From Octopus sinensis (Eukaryota), in assembly GCF_006345805.1 (NCBI RefSeq), contig NC_043007.1, forward strand, positions 55,614,001-55,678,000: a stretch of 64,000 nt of DNA. Reading direction: 5' to 3'. The translations under genes and the position numbers were made by a program. Below are positions 38,591 to 51,602 of the stretch, in pieces (the first letter of the stretch is position 1; each line of letters begins with the position of its first letter). The notes below the pieces were generated by a model. It saw only the letters and a list, made by a program, of their open reading frames with translations. It was not told the DNA's origin and did no database searches.

Positions 38591-38854
38591 ACGTTTTTGG
38601 TCCCCCCCGAGATTACAGATAGGACTTGCTTTCTATATTGTGTCCACGTACAAGCTTTTTATCTCTATATACATTTCTTATATATTTTTTATATATATAA
38701 TTTTTTTTACATATTTATAGAGGTATTCTTTTATAGGTTTATTGCTCATATACTTTTTACACATTTTTTCTGTATTCTACCTTCCATCCTGCATTTCCCT
38801 GTGCATATGGAATTTTTGTACGCGTGTGTGGATGTGTGCGTGTGTGCGGGTATG

Positions 38855-38921
38855 TGGTAAGTAGCTTGTTTACCAACCACATGGTTCCGGGTTCAGTCCC
38901 ACTGCGTGGCACCTTAGGCAA
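38855..38921 (+). mobile_element. SINE head, truncated
   Basis: tgtggtaagtagcttg...ggttccgggttcagtcccactgcgtggcaccttaggcaa, ending abruptly. Confidence 0.8.
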
Positions 38922-38936
38922 ATTTTATCCTACATT

Positions 38937-38998
<62 letters not shown>

Positions 38999-39028
38999 GC
39001 GAGAATGAAGCAACAAGAATGGATAGGT

Positions 39029-39119
39029 TTTTAGTACGATCGTTTCATACAAGGACAGGCTTTATTAAAAGTTGTAAAAATTACAGCATATAAACGTGTC
39101 CCGTACTCATCAGCTAAAA
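39029..39119 (-). ncRNA. Type I hammerhead ribozyme (left arm)
   Basis: ttttag-CTGATGA-gtacgggaca...tgtccttgtat-GAAACGATCGTA-ctaaaa. Intact core, perfect 6-bp stem I, paired stem II. Confidence 0.88.
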
Positions 39120-40022
39120 TACATGTGAGTTCTCTAGACATCCTAGTGGTTGAGGCTATACTCATGAAGTAATGTAGATAATTAAGTAACATAAACAGAT
39201 TTCCAAAGTTCATTAAAGAATAATATTCTCCTCTAGTTCCTAGATGCCTGTAAATTAAAACCAGACTTGCCGTCTACTAATTCGTCTGTATAACTAGAAC
39301 CCTCTTTTTTATTTTTATTTTTTCCCTTCTTTTCCTATTTCTTTCTCTTTTCTCTTTTTTCTGTTTCTTCTTCTTATTCTCTTTTTCCTTTTCTCTTCTC
39401 TTTTAGTCCCCTTTCCCCCCCATTTTTTGCTCCCTCCTCCTTTATTTTCTCTCTTTTCTTCTATTCCCTTCCCTTTCTATTCTTGGCCTCTCTAGAAAGC
39501 CCTTCAGCCTTTAAAAGTTAAATAGCTACAGCCTCTTGTAAATAGCAGTAATGTGATTAATGTGGCAAATACCTAATCATATAACAAGAATTGATACCTA
39601 CCTCATTGTGTTCAACCATTGATAAATTTATCGCCTGTGAATATGAAATTCCTCTTCATTTCTCTGGAAACTTACATCTACACCATTGGAAATTGTGCAT
39701 CTATACAAAGGATTAATTCACCCTCTCTGTAATGCTAATAAGCAGGAATTGAGACCCACCTCGTTGTGATTAACAATGGATAAATTTGTCTTCTGTGAGT
39801 ATGTAATCCCTCATCATATCTCTGGAAATTCATATGTGCTCTATGAATTAGGTCACCTTCTCTGTGATGCTATTAGAACTTTTTTAAAATTCTGTGATAA
39901 GACTGTACATCATCTTTAAAGAACTTTAATGAACTTTGGAAATCTGTTTATGTTACTTAATTATCTACATTACTTCATGAGTATAGCCTCAACCACTAGG
40001 ATGTCTAGAGAACTCACATGTA

Positions 40023-40113
40023 TTTTAGCTGATGAGTACGGGACACGTTTATATGCTGTAATTTTTACAACTTTTAATAAAGCCTGTCCTTGTATGAAAC
40101 GATTGTACTAAAA
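40023..40113 (+). ncRNA. Type I hammerhead ribozyme (right arm)
   Basis: Same as the left arm except stem III reads GAAACGATTGTA. Confidence 0.85.
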
Positions 40114-40539
40114 ACCTATCCAGTCTTGTTGCTTCATTCTCGCTTATAATCACCCCACATTACTGTATTGTTAAAACAGTATAGTTTTTTTTGGTGCATC
40201 TAAGTTAGGTACCATATTCAAGTAAATTCATTTAAATTAACTTGAATCTTTATTGCTTTTTGTATATATATATATACATATATATCTAATGTAGGATAAA
40301 ATTTTTTCGAAAAAAACTTTTATCAATGGCCAGCATATTAAAAAATACCTTTAAAGGTTAAATTGTAAACAACTTATAATTAAGGGCAAACGAAAAAATT
40401 TCTAATGCCAAATATGCCAAAAATTGGACATATTGTCCATTTACCATATAATTTTTTTCCCAGTACGCACGCTACTCGAAAAAAGGTCGACAGAAATCTC
40501 TAAACAATTCCATTATTACCATATCGGACCGATTTCAGG

Positions 40540-40670
40540 GTTAGTTCGGCAAAAGAGACCGATAGAATAAGTACTGGGCTTACAAAAGAATAAGTCCCGG
40601 GGTCGAGTTGCTCGATTAAAGGCGGTGCTCCAGCATGGCCGCAGTCAAATGACTGAAACAAGTAAAGGAG
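40540..40670 (+). mobile_element. SINE 3' half
   Basis: ttcggcaaaagagaccgatagaataagtactgggc...ctccagcatggccgcagtcaaatgactgaaacaag. Confidence 0.9.
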
Positions 40671-40683
40671 AATATATATATAT

Positions 40684-40912
40684 ATGTATATATATATATA
40701 TGTGACCTCGTGAGTACCACTGGCGATTTTTTCCTCTGTCTTCCCTTCTCGGGATCTTTCCTTCTCCTATGTTTCCGACGAAGAGCTCCGCTCGAAACGT
40801 TAAACCCTCCTTCTTCCCTTCTTTCCTGAGCGTCCAATAATACTTTATTTGTTCCACGTCCTCGCGTTGTTGTGTTTTTTTGCTGTTTTGTATTTTCTTG
40901 TTTGGATTAACT
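40684..40912 (+). mobile_element. ~230-bp hammerhead-bearing element (solo PLE pseudo-LTR-like) in (TA)n
   Basis: Bounded by TA repeats on both sides and contains the HHR at 40771-40805. A decayed homologue lies near 36990-37055. Confidence 0.65.
40771..40805 (+). ncRNA. Minimal hammerhead ribozyme
   Basis: gttt-CCGACGA-a-gagc-tcc-gctc-GAAACGTT-aaac. Stems I and II are perfect; loopless palindromic stem III; core U>C variant. Confidence 0.7.
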
Positions 40913-40935
40913 TTATATATATATATATATATATA

Positions 40936-41070
40936 TTAGGTTGTCCCAAAAGTTCGTAAACACTTGCGAAAATTGAATTTTTACTCGCCAAGTACTAACA
41001 AAAACAACAAAAATTATTCCTCAAAATAAAGACCATTATTTTCCAAGACTTTCTACGAACTTTTGGGACA

Positions 41071-41076
<6 letters not shown>
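40936..41076. mobile_element. 141-bp Tc1/mariner-type MITE
   Basis: 23-bp TIRs ttaggttgtcccaaaagttcgta / tacgaacttttgggacaacctta (1 mismatch) within TA repeats. Confidence 0.9.
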
Positions 41077-41120
<44 letters not shown>

Positions 41121-41249
41121 TGTGCGTTTCTATCTGTCGGTACAGGATTAAAATTATTTTCGTCGGGGCTTTAACTTGTATTCAAGTAGTTAATCTGTAG
41201 CGAGTAATTGAGTCTCTTTATCTTGATGGGTATCGAGGGTGCCATTGCC

Positions 41250-41440
41250 TAAGGTAGGTGTTCAGAGTGGTATTGGTGGAGAGTGAGTATATGCGAGTCT
41301 GTCTCTTGATGTCTGCTATTTTTCATCTGGTCCATTCCCTTGATGATGACATTCCGCCACTTCGGGCTGTCCTTGGCGATTGTATCCCAGGTATTTTGGT
41401 TAATGGAGCAGCGAGGGTGAGTGATTGTAAGAGCATAGGA
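41250..41440 (-). mobile_element. RTE-like C-terminal remnant
   Basis: CSINQNTWDTIAKDSPKWRNVIIKG resembles the RTE C-terminal I..TWE.LA.DR..WR motif. Confidence 0.55.
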
Positions 41441-41600
41441 AAGCAAAAAAATATTGTCGGTGATTGTCATGATTCTTCAATTATTCACGATACTCTAAAA
41501 CCATACTCTTGAATTGTGAGACTTCAGAGCTAAATTTAGTGAGGATGTTGGTCCAAGAAAGAGGCCTCAAGCATAACTTTGTCGTAGCAAAAACTACATA

Positions 41601-41662
<62 letters not shown>

Positions 41663-42469
41663 CTCTCCCTTCCTTTTTCTCTCTCTCTTCCTTTTTCTCT
41701 CTCTCTCTTCTTCTCTCTCCTCTCTTTCTCTCTGTGTATGTATGTATGTATGTATGTATGCATGCATGGATGCATGGATGCATGTATGTATATATGTATG
41801 TGTGTGTGCGCGCATTGATGCTTTCGTATGTGTGATATGTATGTTTGTATATGTGCTACGACTTTGAACACCATTGGTGTAAGATCTCTATGAGTACTAC
41901 TGGTAACATGTAATCCAGTAGAAGCTTTTATCTACCTGTCGTGTGTGGCGGACACAGAATTACTCGCGATGACAGACGCACTTCATGTACAACGACTCTG
42001 CGAATGATAGGCTTCTTGTTTTTGTCGGAAAATCTATTAGGAAAAGAATAGATATAGTCCAGTAGGTGTAGTGTGTCGACCTATCTGCATCACTCTACTG
42101 CCTCGTGGGTAAGTTCAGGAAAATGACAAAAACAGTTTTCCGGTAGCTTGGATTTACGACAGTTTCCAGTAATTGGATGATGGTACCTGCCATTTTAGTT
42201 CACTTTTGCCTCTGGATGTATTTTCTAAACGAAAATAACAATACTGAAAAATCCGCACACTCAACGCCACTATAATGCTTCATTGCTAAGTAAGTTCTGT
42301 TCATGAAAGTACACGGCAAATGTACCCTAAATATTACTAGTCATGATTTCTGATCATCTGCACATCTGTGCTTTCTGTTGTTGCATCTTTTTATGAAGTA
42401 CATCTAAAGCTCTACAATTGAATGATACAATCATCATACATTTTGATAGGCGACTATAATTATTGTTCT

Positions 42470-42720
42470 ATATCTATATACACATCTGCAGTCTATTGTA
42501 TATTTATACGTGTACATATACTGCTCTACACCCTATTGTTGTACATCTATACGTATATATACTACAGTCTACACCTCTGATATATATTGTTGTATGTCTA
42601 TACATGTGTATATACTACAGGCTAAATCGTTGTATATTTACATATCTGTATATACCACAGTTTTAACATCTGCAGTGTATTGTTATATGTTTATACGTGT
42701 TTATAAACTACACTTTAAAG
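42470..42720. repeat. Degenerate AT-rich minisatellite-like region
   Basis: Recurrent tatatactacag..tattgttgta..tatac units of irregular length. Confidence 0.55.
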
Positions 42721-44171
42721 CTCTGCATATTTCCACAGCTCAGTTGATGCCTCGTAATTTCATAATATGCTTCTATGAATTAATTTATGTCTGCGTGAAT
42801 ATATATGTGAATGCTGAATTGGGTGGGGATGTATGTTTGTTTCCGTTTGGGTGTACGTGCCATTTAAATATATTTCATTCGTCATCAGTTGATTAATACC
42901 CTTTGCATTTAATTATATGAAACATTTAGACAATGACAAGGAGACACTACAAAGTTTCAGTCTGACAGACATTAGGGCAATATATATAAAATGTAAATAA
43001 GATGTCTAATTAACGCTGTACTTCGGAAGTTGTTCGCTGTTGACACTTAATTTTTAAATATCCCTCATGACACTTGGCAATTGATTAAAATTCTACACTG
43101 CAGCATCCAAATATTGCGTATTAATAATTGATTTTTTTTGTGTGTGTGTTATGTATTCAGTAGATAGCTTAATGCTCACACGCTGTGCTTAAATTTGCTA
43201 ATTTGCATATGTGTTGATGTAGATAGCTAGCATTAATTTGTTACAATGTACATGGCAGTCTCATCCTCTCAATGATCAACGTTGATGCTGTCAGGTTGCT
43301 TACAACTCTTCAAATATCGAGTTAAAGGAATGATTAACGTTTGTCTGCATTGTCATTACAAACACAAATAATTAACATCGACAACACAACAACGCTTTTG
43401 CAACCGATCAACAATGTCTGACAATAAGATAAAGAAAATGGCTACAGGAGTCTTTACTAATAATAAAGAATCATGAATACTAAAATGGAAAAGAAGATTA
43501 GTCAGGAAAACAACATTACTGTGAATGAGTTGATTGCAATAAATATATAGCCACATTTCGTCACCGTGTGTTATATGAGAGGAATATTCAAATCAAACAA
43601 GATTATATTAATTTCATTTGCAGAGTAACTAAATTTAACCATACGAGATGACTAGAAAAAGAATTTATTATAGTTTGGGGTCTAGATATTTGAGGATTAG
43701 GGACAGATTCTTAAATATCCTAAAGCCACAAACATTTGTAAGAATTCATTTCATCATGAACAAATGACTGATTGAATGAGTGAAGGAATAGACGAAGTTT
43801 TACAAAGTTAGATGCCAATAATTATGGAAAGTGTCAAATCAGGTGTAAAACTTTATGCAATCTAGTTAATTGTATAATATAACGAAAGAGTTTACATAAT
43901 TGTGTTGCCACTATTTCTAGTATTGCAGAAAGGAGAAATATGCAAACATTTTCGAGATATATCACTCTGATACTAAATAGTATTTTCTTATATAAGCATG
44001 CCCATGGCTCAAATTTATAGAAGTAATATTGTGTAATTGCTGTATTTCAGAGGTAAATCATACACACATATATTTACACTCACACACTCATGTATTTATA
44101 CATAGACAAACATATATACATGCGCATGATATTTAATACGTTTATGCTCACTCGGACATGAGAAAGAACTT

Positions 44172-44421
44172 TCGCTGCGGAAATATTCTCGAGAGAAAAT
44201 TCTTCTCATAAATAATAATTGTAAAATTTGTGTGGAGTGAAAGGTATTTCCACATCTCTCGCATTTGAGTGTACACGAGCGTGTTAAATATGATTGTACA
44301 CACTTATATTTCTTTCAGTGCATTAATTAAATTAAATTCAGCTTCACTAAGATCATCAAATATACTGTTTTTTACACATATCAACCACGGGAATTTTCTC
44401 TCGAGACAATATCCGCTGCGA
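44172..44421. mobile_element. Candidate MITE with 31-bp imperfect TIRs
   Basis: tcgctgcggaaatattctcgagagaaaattc (44172-44202) versus gaattttctctcgagacaatatccgctgcga (44391-44421), 27/31 complementary. Confidence 0.55.
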
Positions 44422-44647
44422 GAGATATTAAATGCGATTTGTACGCACACACGCATACAATTGTATATGCGGGCGCGTACACGCACATACATACACACAC
44501 ACACACACACACACTCATTCACACACACACACGTACATATACACACACTCACGCAAATACATACACATACGCACATATATGTCTGTGTCTACGAATGTGC
44601 ACGCATGTATACAGATGGATGTACACACACATATATATATATATATA

Positions 44648-45325
<678 letters not shown>

Positions 45326-46661
45326 ACACCAGCCTGATACAAAGTTTTTCATTCATGCACAGATTATTAAAAATGTTCTACATATTTCTGTCACCAAATT
45401 TACTACTGCTTCTAACTTTCAAAAGTTACGATACATTCAGTTGTAGCAGAAGATTAAAAACGAAAGAATGTTTGCCGTTGTGTTGTAGACATGTTAACAA
45501 TAATTTAGTGAGAGAAATAGCTCAGACCCAAAAATTTGAGTTAGAAATGGAGAAATTAGTAAACTATTAATTTATCGGTTATGTTTTCAAATTTACAGCA
45601 GGTATTTTATTGTTTCATTTTTTTAGGCAAAGCTCTTTTTTCTACAAATCTTTGTTCAGACAACTGGTTGTCGAAGATAGATACTAAATTTTCTGTGGGA
45701 AGACCTATAGAGTTTATGCCTCTTTTAGACATCTCTGATGAAGAATTAAGTAATTGTGTATATTAAAGAGGGTTCATCTCAAAAGTGCTTTGGTTTGCAT
45801 ACTTAAACTGAATTGTTATATCTGTACACTTTTGAGTTAGTCGATGTAGTCGATTAAGTTGACGGTAGGCTTTGGGTTGAGTAAAATGTGATTTTGAGAT
45901 GAGATGACAAGTCCAGCGTTCTGTTACCGCCATTGATTCCTTGAAATTTCTTTTTGTTGACATCATCCAGCTCCTCACATACGTTCGTTTAGAGACTATT
46001 AGACTCTCACTTCTATTTTCACTTTTCTTCTTCAAATTATTCCACACGTGTCTTTATATTTAAGTACCTTTTTATGTGATGTTACACCCTCTATTATTCG
46101 TTCCTTTAATGTTCACTTTTTCATTTTGCTTTGATCGTGGTATAAGCTATTTCTACCTTCCCTGTCCAATTCTTAGCTATCTCTACCTTCGTTCACTTCT
46201 TAGCCCAGGTCCTCTCTCGTCACCTTTCTCTAATCCTTTCCACACACTCCCTCATACCCCTACACCACTCCTTCAAATTCATTCCCCCCCCTCATATACT
46301 TGCCCATATCCTAAGTTACAACACTTCTATTTCTCAGTCTCTTTCTCCCTTTCTTACACTCAGACAAAAAACAAAAGCTTCAAACTTGGATTCTTCAGTC
46401 CTAATGTTAAATGAACTAAGCATAGAATGACTCTTCTTCAAAAGCAGGTTCGAATTCTGTTACAAGCAATGTTTTGTGTCAGTGGCCGAGGTACTTATAT
46501 CTCAGCAGTCGTGACAAACTGTAATTATTTATCGATTAATGCGGGATGAGAATGTACAAATATACCGACTAATATGCACATGTATAATGTCTCGATATAA
46601 AATTAGGGCTTCTGGAGCAAATGAGGAAGTGAACTGAGTCGATTAGTTTTAATGGTACTTT

Positions 46662-47006
46662 TTACCTTTCACTTGTTTCAGTCATTTGACTGTGGCCATG
46701 CTAGGACACCGCCTTGAATTTTTAGTAGAATGAATCGATCCTAGTATTTTTAAAGCCTGATTCTTTTGCCGAATCGCTAAGTTACGGAAACGTAAAACAC
46801 CAATACTGATTGTCAATCGGTTGTTGGGAGCAAATACCGACACAAAGATACACGTACACACACACATACACACGACAGGCTTCTTTCAGATTCCGTCCAC
46901 CAAATCCACTCACAAGGCTTTGATCGGTCCGAGGTTATAGTAGAAGACACTTCTCCAAGGTGTTACGCAGTGGGACCGATCCCGGAACCATGTGGTTGGG
47001 AAGCAA
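46662..47006 (-). mobile_element. tRNA-derived SINE (head truncated)
   Basis: acttgtttcagtcatttgactgtggccatgct...ccaaatccactcacaaggct...cggaaccatgtggttgggaagcaa. Confidence 0.88.
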
Positions 47007-47599
47007 TCTTCAGAATTTATTACAGGAAAGCATCAAAATCCGGATCATTTGAAGACTAATTCTGAAGATTGATGCACTGAGACAACTCCTCCTCGTGGCA
47101 TTAATTTTTGCCATTTTGAAAGGTAGAAGTTAGCTTTTCATGGCAGTACAGAAACCAGAGCCAGATTCAGTTGCGTGGATCCTTGTAATTCAGAAAATAG
47201 TTAACTATATAATGCTGTTAGACATAATATATTTTACAACTTGCAGTCTTTGAAACATGAAACTGTGAACTGATATAATGTAACAATATTGGTTTTCCTC
47301 CTCGAGACAAAAAATATAGATCACTATTATTTAAAAACGTTTTTCTCCCTCTTCATCTTGCTTGCAATTGCACTGTTTTTGCCAACTGTAACAATCCTAT
47401 TACTTTATGATAGAGGTCCTATTATGCTGTTGAGATCTGGATTATAACAAGAAGACCTTTTATTCACTTTGTGTATTGATTCAAAAGCAGAAAATTCTTG
47501 AGTTGTTTACCCTCTGCTTCCCTTTAATCGTAGGAATGTTTGACCTCAATTGCACTATTCTAAGGAGTATTGCGCTCTTTACAATAATGAGCTGCTGCT

Positions 47600-47639
47600 G
47601 CTCCTCTTCTACCTCCTCTTCCTCCTCTTCCTGCTGCTG

Positions 47640-47695
<56 letters not shown>

Positions 47696-47697
47696 GT
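47600..47697. repeat. Compound (CTC)/(CTG)/(CTA)n trinucleotide repeat
   Basis: Visible directly. Confidence 0.9.
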
Positions 47698-49196
47698 GTG
47701 ATTCTTATTTACGACTACGTGCAGTGCAGTGTCTGACATGATACAACGAACAGGATGCAATCCACGGACATTTTCTTGTCATCATGGCAGACTCCCAACA
47801 TAGCCTACCGACAATATCTCATTGTATCAGTTATGTGTAAGGCATTCATATTTTAGAAGAAGTGCACAAATGGATAGCTTAACGTTTACACTTTTTCCGG
47901 GATCATAAGCGATGTAAATGGTGCGAAATAGATGCATGCAGTAATTGAAACCATTATGCAGTTTGGTTAGCTAGAAGCATTTCAACCACCTCTAGTTTTG
48001 AATACTAATCATTAAACCAAGCTTACATTGAACTGAATCAATTCCAAATTGATTGAAACAGTTTTAGTCCATTTCCTTGAAAAATATTTCTTGCCAAGGT
48101 CTCTTGCTGGCAAAATATAAAATATAAGGAAAAAAAAAAAAGAAAGACTAAATAGTTAGACTCTACAAAGCACTACTATAAACATTTTTTTCGAACTTCT
48201 TTTTCTTTGCTACAAGATATTTAATTCTAACAAAATGGAAACCCATCACTGGATGGGTTTCCAAGAAACTTTAGCACTCTGACCTCATTTACCATGGCAT
48301 CTTCCTGTCAAGACTGATCGTGTTTAAAAGATCTCTTAAGATGTATCAAAAAATTGTGTTGTAAAGAATTTGACATATATGCGTGCGTATGTGTGCATTG
48401 ATGTTATATGCTTGTGTAAGAATACAGTATATTCTTCTTATGTATATATTATATGTGTATATGTTTCAGAAGAGCTGCTTCTGATCCATTTCCTCTTCCA
48501 GGTTAAATATAAAAGGACATAGACATTTACTAATAAATAACAAGCACCCACTCTCAACTGCGTGCAACAATCGATTGTAGGTTAGATTATTATTCTTCTG
48601 ATGACAGTAACTGAGCAACAAACAAAACGAACAAGCCAATAACAACTTTGCAATCGAAACCAGAAAATACTCCTTGAATCATAGCAGCAGTTATTCGTAC
48701 GCATCACTGTAGATATGTATATGTGTATATATAAATGTATGACTATGTATGTATACCAATAAACTAGCCAAGCTTCCAACAAACAGATTAACAAATACAC
48801 TAAAAAAGAAACTATAAGTGCCTTCAACAGATCATAAGATTTCTAAATTTCTAATATCCTCCAGGCATTTTCACGCTTGTCGAATTCCAGTTGAGTGGAC
48901 AGACATCAGAATGTTTGTTCTATTTTTCGCACAGGAAACATTAGACTGTTGAAATCAATAAGCAGACAGGTCTCCATGTAGGTTGAGTATGTATCATTAA
49001 TCAAAGCCAGAAACTGAAAAGCCACCGTCCTTTTTCCGTATCTGTGATCCACAAGAAAATGCGTGTAAATATTCAGTACATATTCTTAAAGACGACTTAG
49101 CTGACACTGATAGTGGATGCAAGGTGGGAAGGGAATATTGTCCAGCGGGTATGAACGTTCAGCTTAAATTCAATTCATTCTTCAATAAATCAATAA

Positions 49197-49283
<87 letters not shown>

Positions 49284-49356
49284 CATCTATCTATCTATCT
49301 ATCTATCTATCCATCTATCCATCTATCTATCTATCTATCTATCTATCCATCTATCC

Positions 49357-49423
<67 letters not shown>
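49197..49423. repeat. (TATC)n array, 5' flank of the Tx1-like LINE
   Basis: Visible directly. Confidence 0.95.
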
Positions 49424-49664
49424 GACGGACGTGCTGTCATCTCGGCTCCGAAGGTAATCGTTTATCTTGACTATTTATAGCCCATATTTTGTGTACATTT
49501 TTGTAAATAAGGTGTGTAAGGCACCCAACTTTCGTTTGAGTGCTTTTCCAAGGGAGGAATTCGCCCCTAGGAGCAGTTTCAACCCTATTTAATTTGTGTA
49601 ATTTTCTTCTCGACATTAAAAAATGTCGAGAAATTTTATTGTAGAACGCTAGTCGCGTTCCTTT

Positions 49665-51294
49665 ATGGACCAGCATTTTCCTAGATTGGAAACGCTAGGA
49701 GAAAAAAAGAACTTATGCACGCAAAGTGCAAACCTGAATGACGTGGTAGTGAACGCTGCAACCACTTGCGGTAACAGCCCTGTCACCACCACCACCACCA
49801 CCACTAACAACAACAACAACGAGACTACTACTGCTACCACCACCACCTCCACAACCACCACCACCACCACCACCACCACCACGACCAACATAAATGATAA
49901 AAATGAAACTCACGCGAATACTATTAACAAAAACAACAACAAGAAGAAAAACAATAAAAATGAACTATCTAATAGTGAAGATGTTAATATAAAAGAATCA
50001 ACAACACCAGTAAATTTCGCTGACACTCTGCGTCAGAAAAAAGAAATTGTAAAATTTACAAATGAAGAGTTAATAGAAACGAGAGCTCTCTTTACAACTC
50101 GAAGGCAAGATTTAGTGCTGCATACACCTCAACACATAAAGGAACAAATAGAAAATAAGACGATTATATATAAAATTATAAGAAAAAAACAAAAACAAAA
50201 TGAACAGATTACAAAAACGGATATAGAAAAGTGTTTAAAAAACATAATGAAAAAAGAATATATAAACTAGGGTCCACAGTTTAACACAGTAGTGGTCCGT
50301 TTCCCTAACCAGGAAGTGGCAAAAACTCACTCTACCGAGTCTTTGGAAAATGATGAAATCATCATGGTACCTTACTACAAAGGCCAGAGAGAGAGAGAGA
50401 GAGAGAGAGAGTAGAATTACTATTAAAAATGTACCCCCCGAGATTCCTAACAAATGGATAACAGGGGCAATCTGTTACCATTTGAAAACTATAAATATTT
50501 TAGAGACTGCCATATACCTAAACGACAATTGGGGTGGAAAAACAATAGTAGTGACCATCCAGATTGAGGGAGCCTCTATCGAGAACCTACCCGATAGGAT
50601 CCACTTAGAAAATGGGCAAAGCCTATATGTTGTAGCAGAAGGCCAAAAGCCTAGATGCTACAACTGTGGCAGCCCAGAACATGTAATTGCCAAGTGCGCT
50701 CTGGCACAGAAAAAACAAGAACAAATCAGAAAACAAATAAAAACCCTTGTTGCCAACACCAACACCAACACCAACACCAACAACTCAATTATGGAACAAT
50801 GCCAAGAAAAACAACAAACCAGCAAACAAACCCCAACAACATCACCAAGAAAAGAAACAGTACCAACACAATCACTGTTGACGTCGCAACCAATTCAACA
50901 TGCTGAACCAACAAAAAATAGACCAACACCAACACCGAGGACGACAATTAAAAAGACAGAAAACAGTGACGAGAAGACAAATTCTACCCCTAGCACCACA
51001 ACAACACAAACACCGCACAAAACATCAACAATTTCTACAAGCATACATATTAATGCAAATGCTTTGCCTTTACCCCCTTCTGATTCGTCGGACGACGAAA
51101 GTTCGACGGAATGGCAAATAGCCACAGGGGGTAAAGGGAAAAGATCAAAAAAGCCCAGCAAACAAGGAAGTAAAGCAGGGAGATATTCAACTCCGGACAG
51201 CATCCCCCTAGACAATCAAAAAATTAATGAACCCGCAAAACCACACACAAAACTAACTGCAATAGACACAGACAATAAAAAATTAATGGATTAA
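49665..51294 (+). pseudogene. Tx1-like ORF1 (gag-like, zinc knuckle); in-frame stop at 50268-50270 and frameshift in (AG)n
   Basis: ORFs 49665..50270 and 50350..51294 are linked by GPQFNTVVVRFPNQEVAK..PYYKGQ in the first frame. Confidence 0.8.
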
Positions 51295-51602
51295 ATTGCA
51301 TCCAACACGGACATCTGTGAAGATGACTTTAAGACAAATAATCATCCGCGCACCACACCACCGAAACACATAAGAATTGTACACATAACACAAACACAAC
51401 ACCATACACTGAAAACAATATTTCCAAATGCGGTAGGCGGGTTTCAACGATACCTCTCCAAAAACTATACAAACACCTCATCAAAGACACTACAAAAGAA
51501 GAAGAAAAAAATGAAACTTTCCAAATGAGTAAGTGACCTTCCCTCTTGCCTCTTGTCTCTTCCAATGTAGTGTGTGAAACACAATTTTCGTAAACGTCAA
51601 TT

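Larger units (their letters stand above)
38999..40143. mobile_element. Non-autonomous PLE-like unit with 220-bp inverted arms, each carrying a hammerhead
   Basis: 38999-39218 is the reverse complement of 39924-40143 with 2 mismatches. The 705-bp spacer has no RT motif. Confidence 0.85.

Noticed and set aside
41940-42230. Possible host exon (GTAAGT donor near 42109; short minus-strand ORF)
   Set aside because: No recognisable protein, no partner exons and no consistent frame.
45560-46440. Possible LINE endonuclease remnant (NRTLDL, minus) and GIY-YIG tail (FKLG..P, plus)
   Set aside because: Single short motifs in otherwise unalignable sequence.
47004-47071. 14-bp perfect inverted repeat with 40-nt spacer as a miRNA or MITE
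   Set aside because: Short and AT-rich, the spacer is unpaired, and there is no TSD. It may be a junction artefact at the SINE end.
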